Assembly (NCBI GenBank): GCA_963665845.2
Contig: OY762492.1
Coordinates: forward strand, 3,232,001-3,296,000
DNA length: 64,000 nucleotides
From: Candidatus Poribacteria bacterium
GTDB lineage: Bacteria > Poribacteria > WGA-4E > GCA-2687025
Reading direction: 5' to 3'
Positions 63,270 through 64,000 of the stretch are shown here, piece after piece. Position 1 is the first letter of the stretch. Each line of letters opens with the position of its first letter. The translations under genes and the position numbers were made by a program. Below the pieces are notes generated by a model. The model was not told where the DNA came from. It searched no databases and saw only the letters and a program-made list of their open reading frames with translations.

Positions 63270-63956
63270 TCAATGCTGAGAGCGTTCCAACAATTTCTTC
63301 AGCGAAGGGTAAAGGAACTCGAATTTTTGGACGACCCTGTTCAGTCCGTGAACGAGCTTTTCCCGGTGAGAATATCTGGGCTTGCCGCTAGTCCCCTCGA
63401 ATTCTTTGAAGTCGATTCTGAAAGACCGTGTATAAGGCTCTCCTGCAGAATCTGTGTAGGAGACAACAATCTCGACATTTTCTTTTTTGAGAGCTTCGAA
63501 ATGGGAAGTTCCATCCCTAGAAAGCATGTAACCTATGTCAAGGTCTCTTCTTTCTCCGGGGGCAAGATAGTTGACGCCGTGTTTTACGGCGCCGACGCCA
63601 TCAAAGCTATCAGGTCTCTGTTGAAGCGGAAGATTGCAAATTTTATCGTTCAAATCGTCGTTGAAGCGAATGTCGCGGGCGATACCCGTGCCAAAGTTTT
63701 CGACCCAAAATTTCATCATGTTCGCGTGGTCTTTGTCAGGGCTGATTCCTGCCATCACATTAGGGATGTCAAGAGCTTTCACCTGCTTCTTTGTAACCCC
63801 CACCAACTTCTCTGTGACTTCCACCAATTTTTCCGTCGCCACTGTGTATCGTTTTGTGTGTCGGGCTACAATAATGGCGATCCATGCTCCAACACCGCCA
63901 AGCAACAGCTGCACTGCAATTCCAGCAATTTCAATCCAGTCAGTTGTTCCGTTCAT
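63270..63956 (-). CDS. Hypothetical protein with an N-terminal TM helix
   Basis: 228-aa ORF, lower GC, RBS AAGGA; WVENFGTGIARDI and YLAPGE beta-sandwich-like motifs. Confidence 0.7.
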   Translation of the reverse strand: MNGTTDWIEIAGIAVQLLLGGVGAWIAIIVARHTKRYTVATEKLVEVTEKLVGVTKKQVKALDIPNVMAGISPDKDHANMMKFWVENFGTGIARDIRFNDDLNDKICNLPLQQRPDSFDGVGAVKHGVNYLAPGERRDLDIGYMLSRDGTSHFEALKKENVEIVVSYTDSAGEPYTRSFRIDFKEFEGTSGKPRYSHREKLVHGLNRVVQKFEFLYPSLKKLLERSQH

Positions 63957-64000
63957 CCGATTCCTTTCAATGTGATTGGAGCGGCGTTAGTCCGCCCCAT

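Overview
High-GC bacterial chromosomal window. The gene content tentatively suggests a Candidatus Poribacteria-like organism (inference): five PhyH-family dioxygenases, sulfatases, WD40/TolB/LamG secreted proteins carrying a C-terminal W-G-x-[IL]-K motif, and a CotH-LTD protein. Bases ~1-39,000 and ~58,000-64,000 are a mosaic of housekeeping genes (coaBC, dprA, comEA, larC, thiO-like, ABC transporters) and accessory genes. These are interleaved with several intergenic repeat families: dRS3/CGTC-type REPs, C-run/G-run palindromes, a GAACTAGGAT...ATCCTAGTTC inverted-repeat element, and a MITE-like element with ~25-bp terminal inverted repeats. Bases 39,296-57,919 hold a contiguous str-S10-spc-alpha ribosomal cluster lacking rpmD, map and rpsD. 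Most notable: (1) two tandem PhyH enzymes with H-x-G instead of H-x-D, the Fe/2OG halogenase signature; (2) MITE-like ends that enclose or flank secreted-protein genes; (3) a remodelled ribosome, with an altered S12 loop, a doubled-length L29, a long acidic L4 tail and an L2 loop insertion; (4) tandem surface-protein paralogs with alternating conserved and variable blocks; (5) sulfatases coupled to rplQ. No rRNA, tRNA, CRISPR array or transposase was recognised. All calls come from reading motifs by eye; no database searches were run.
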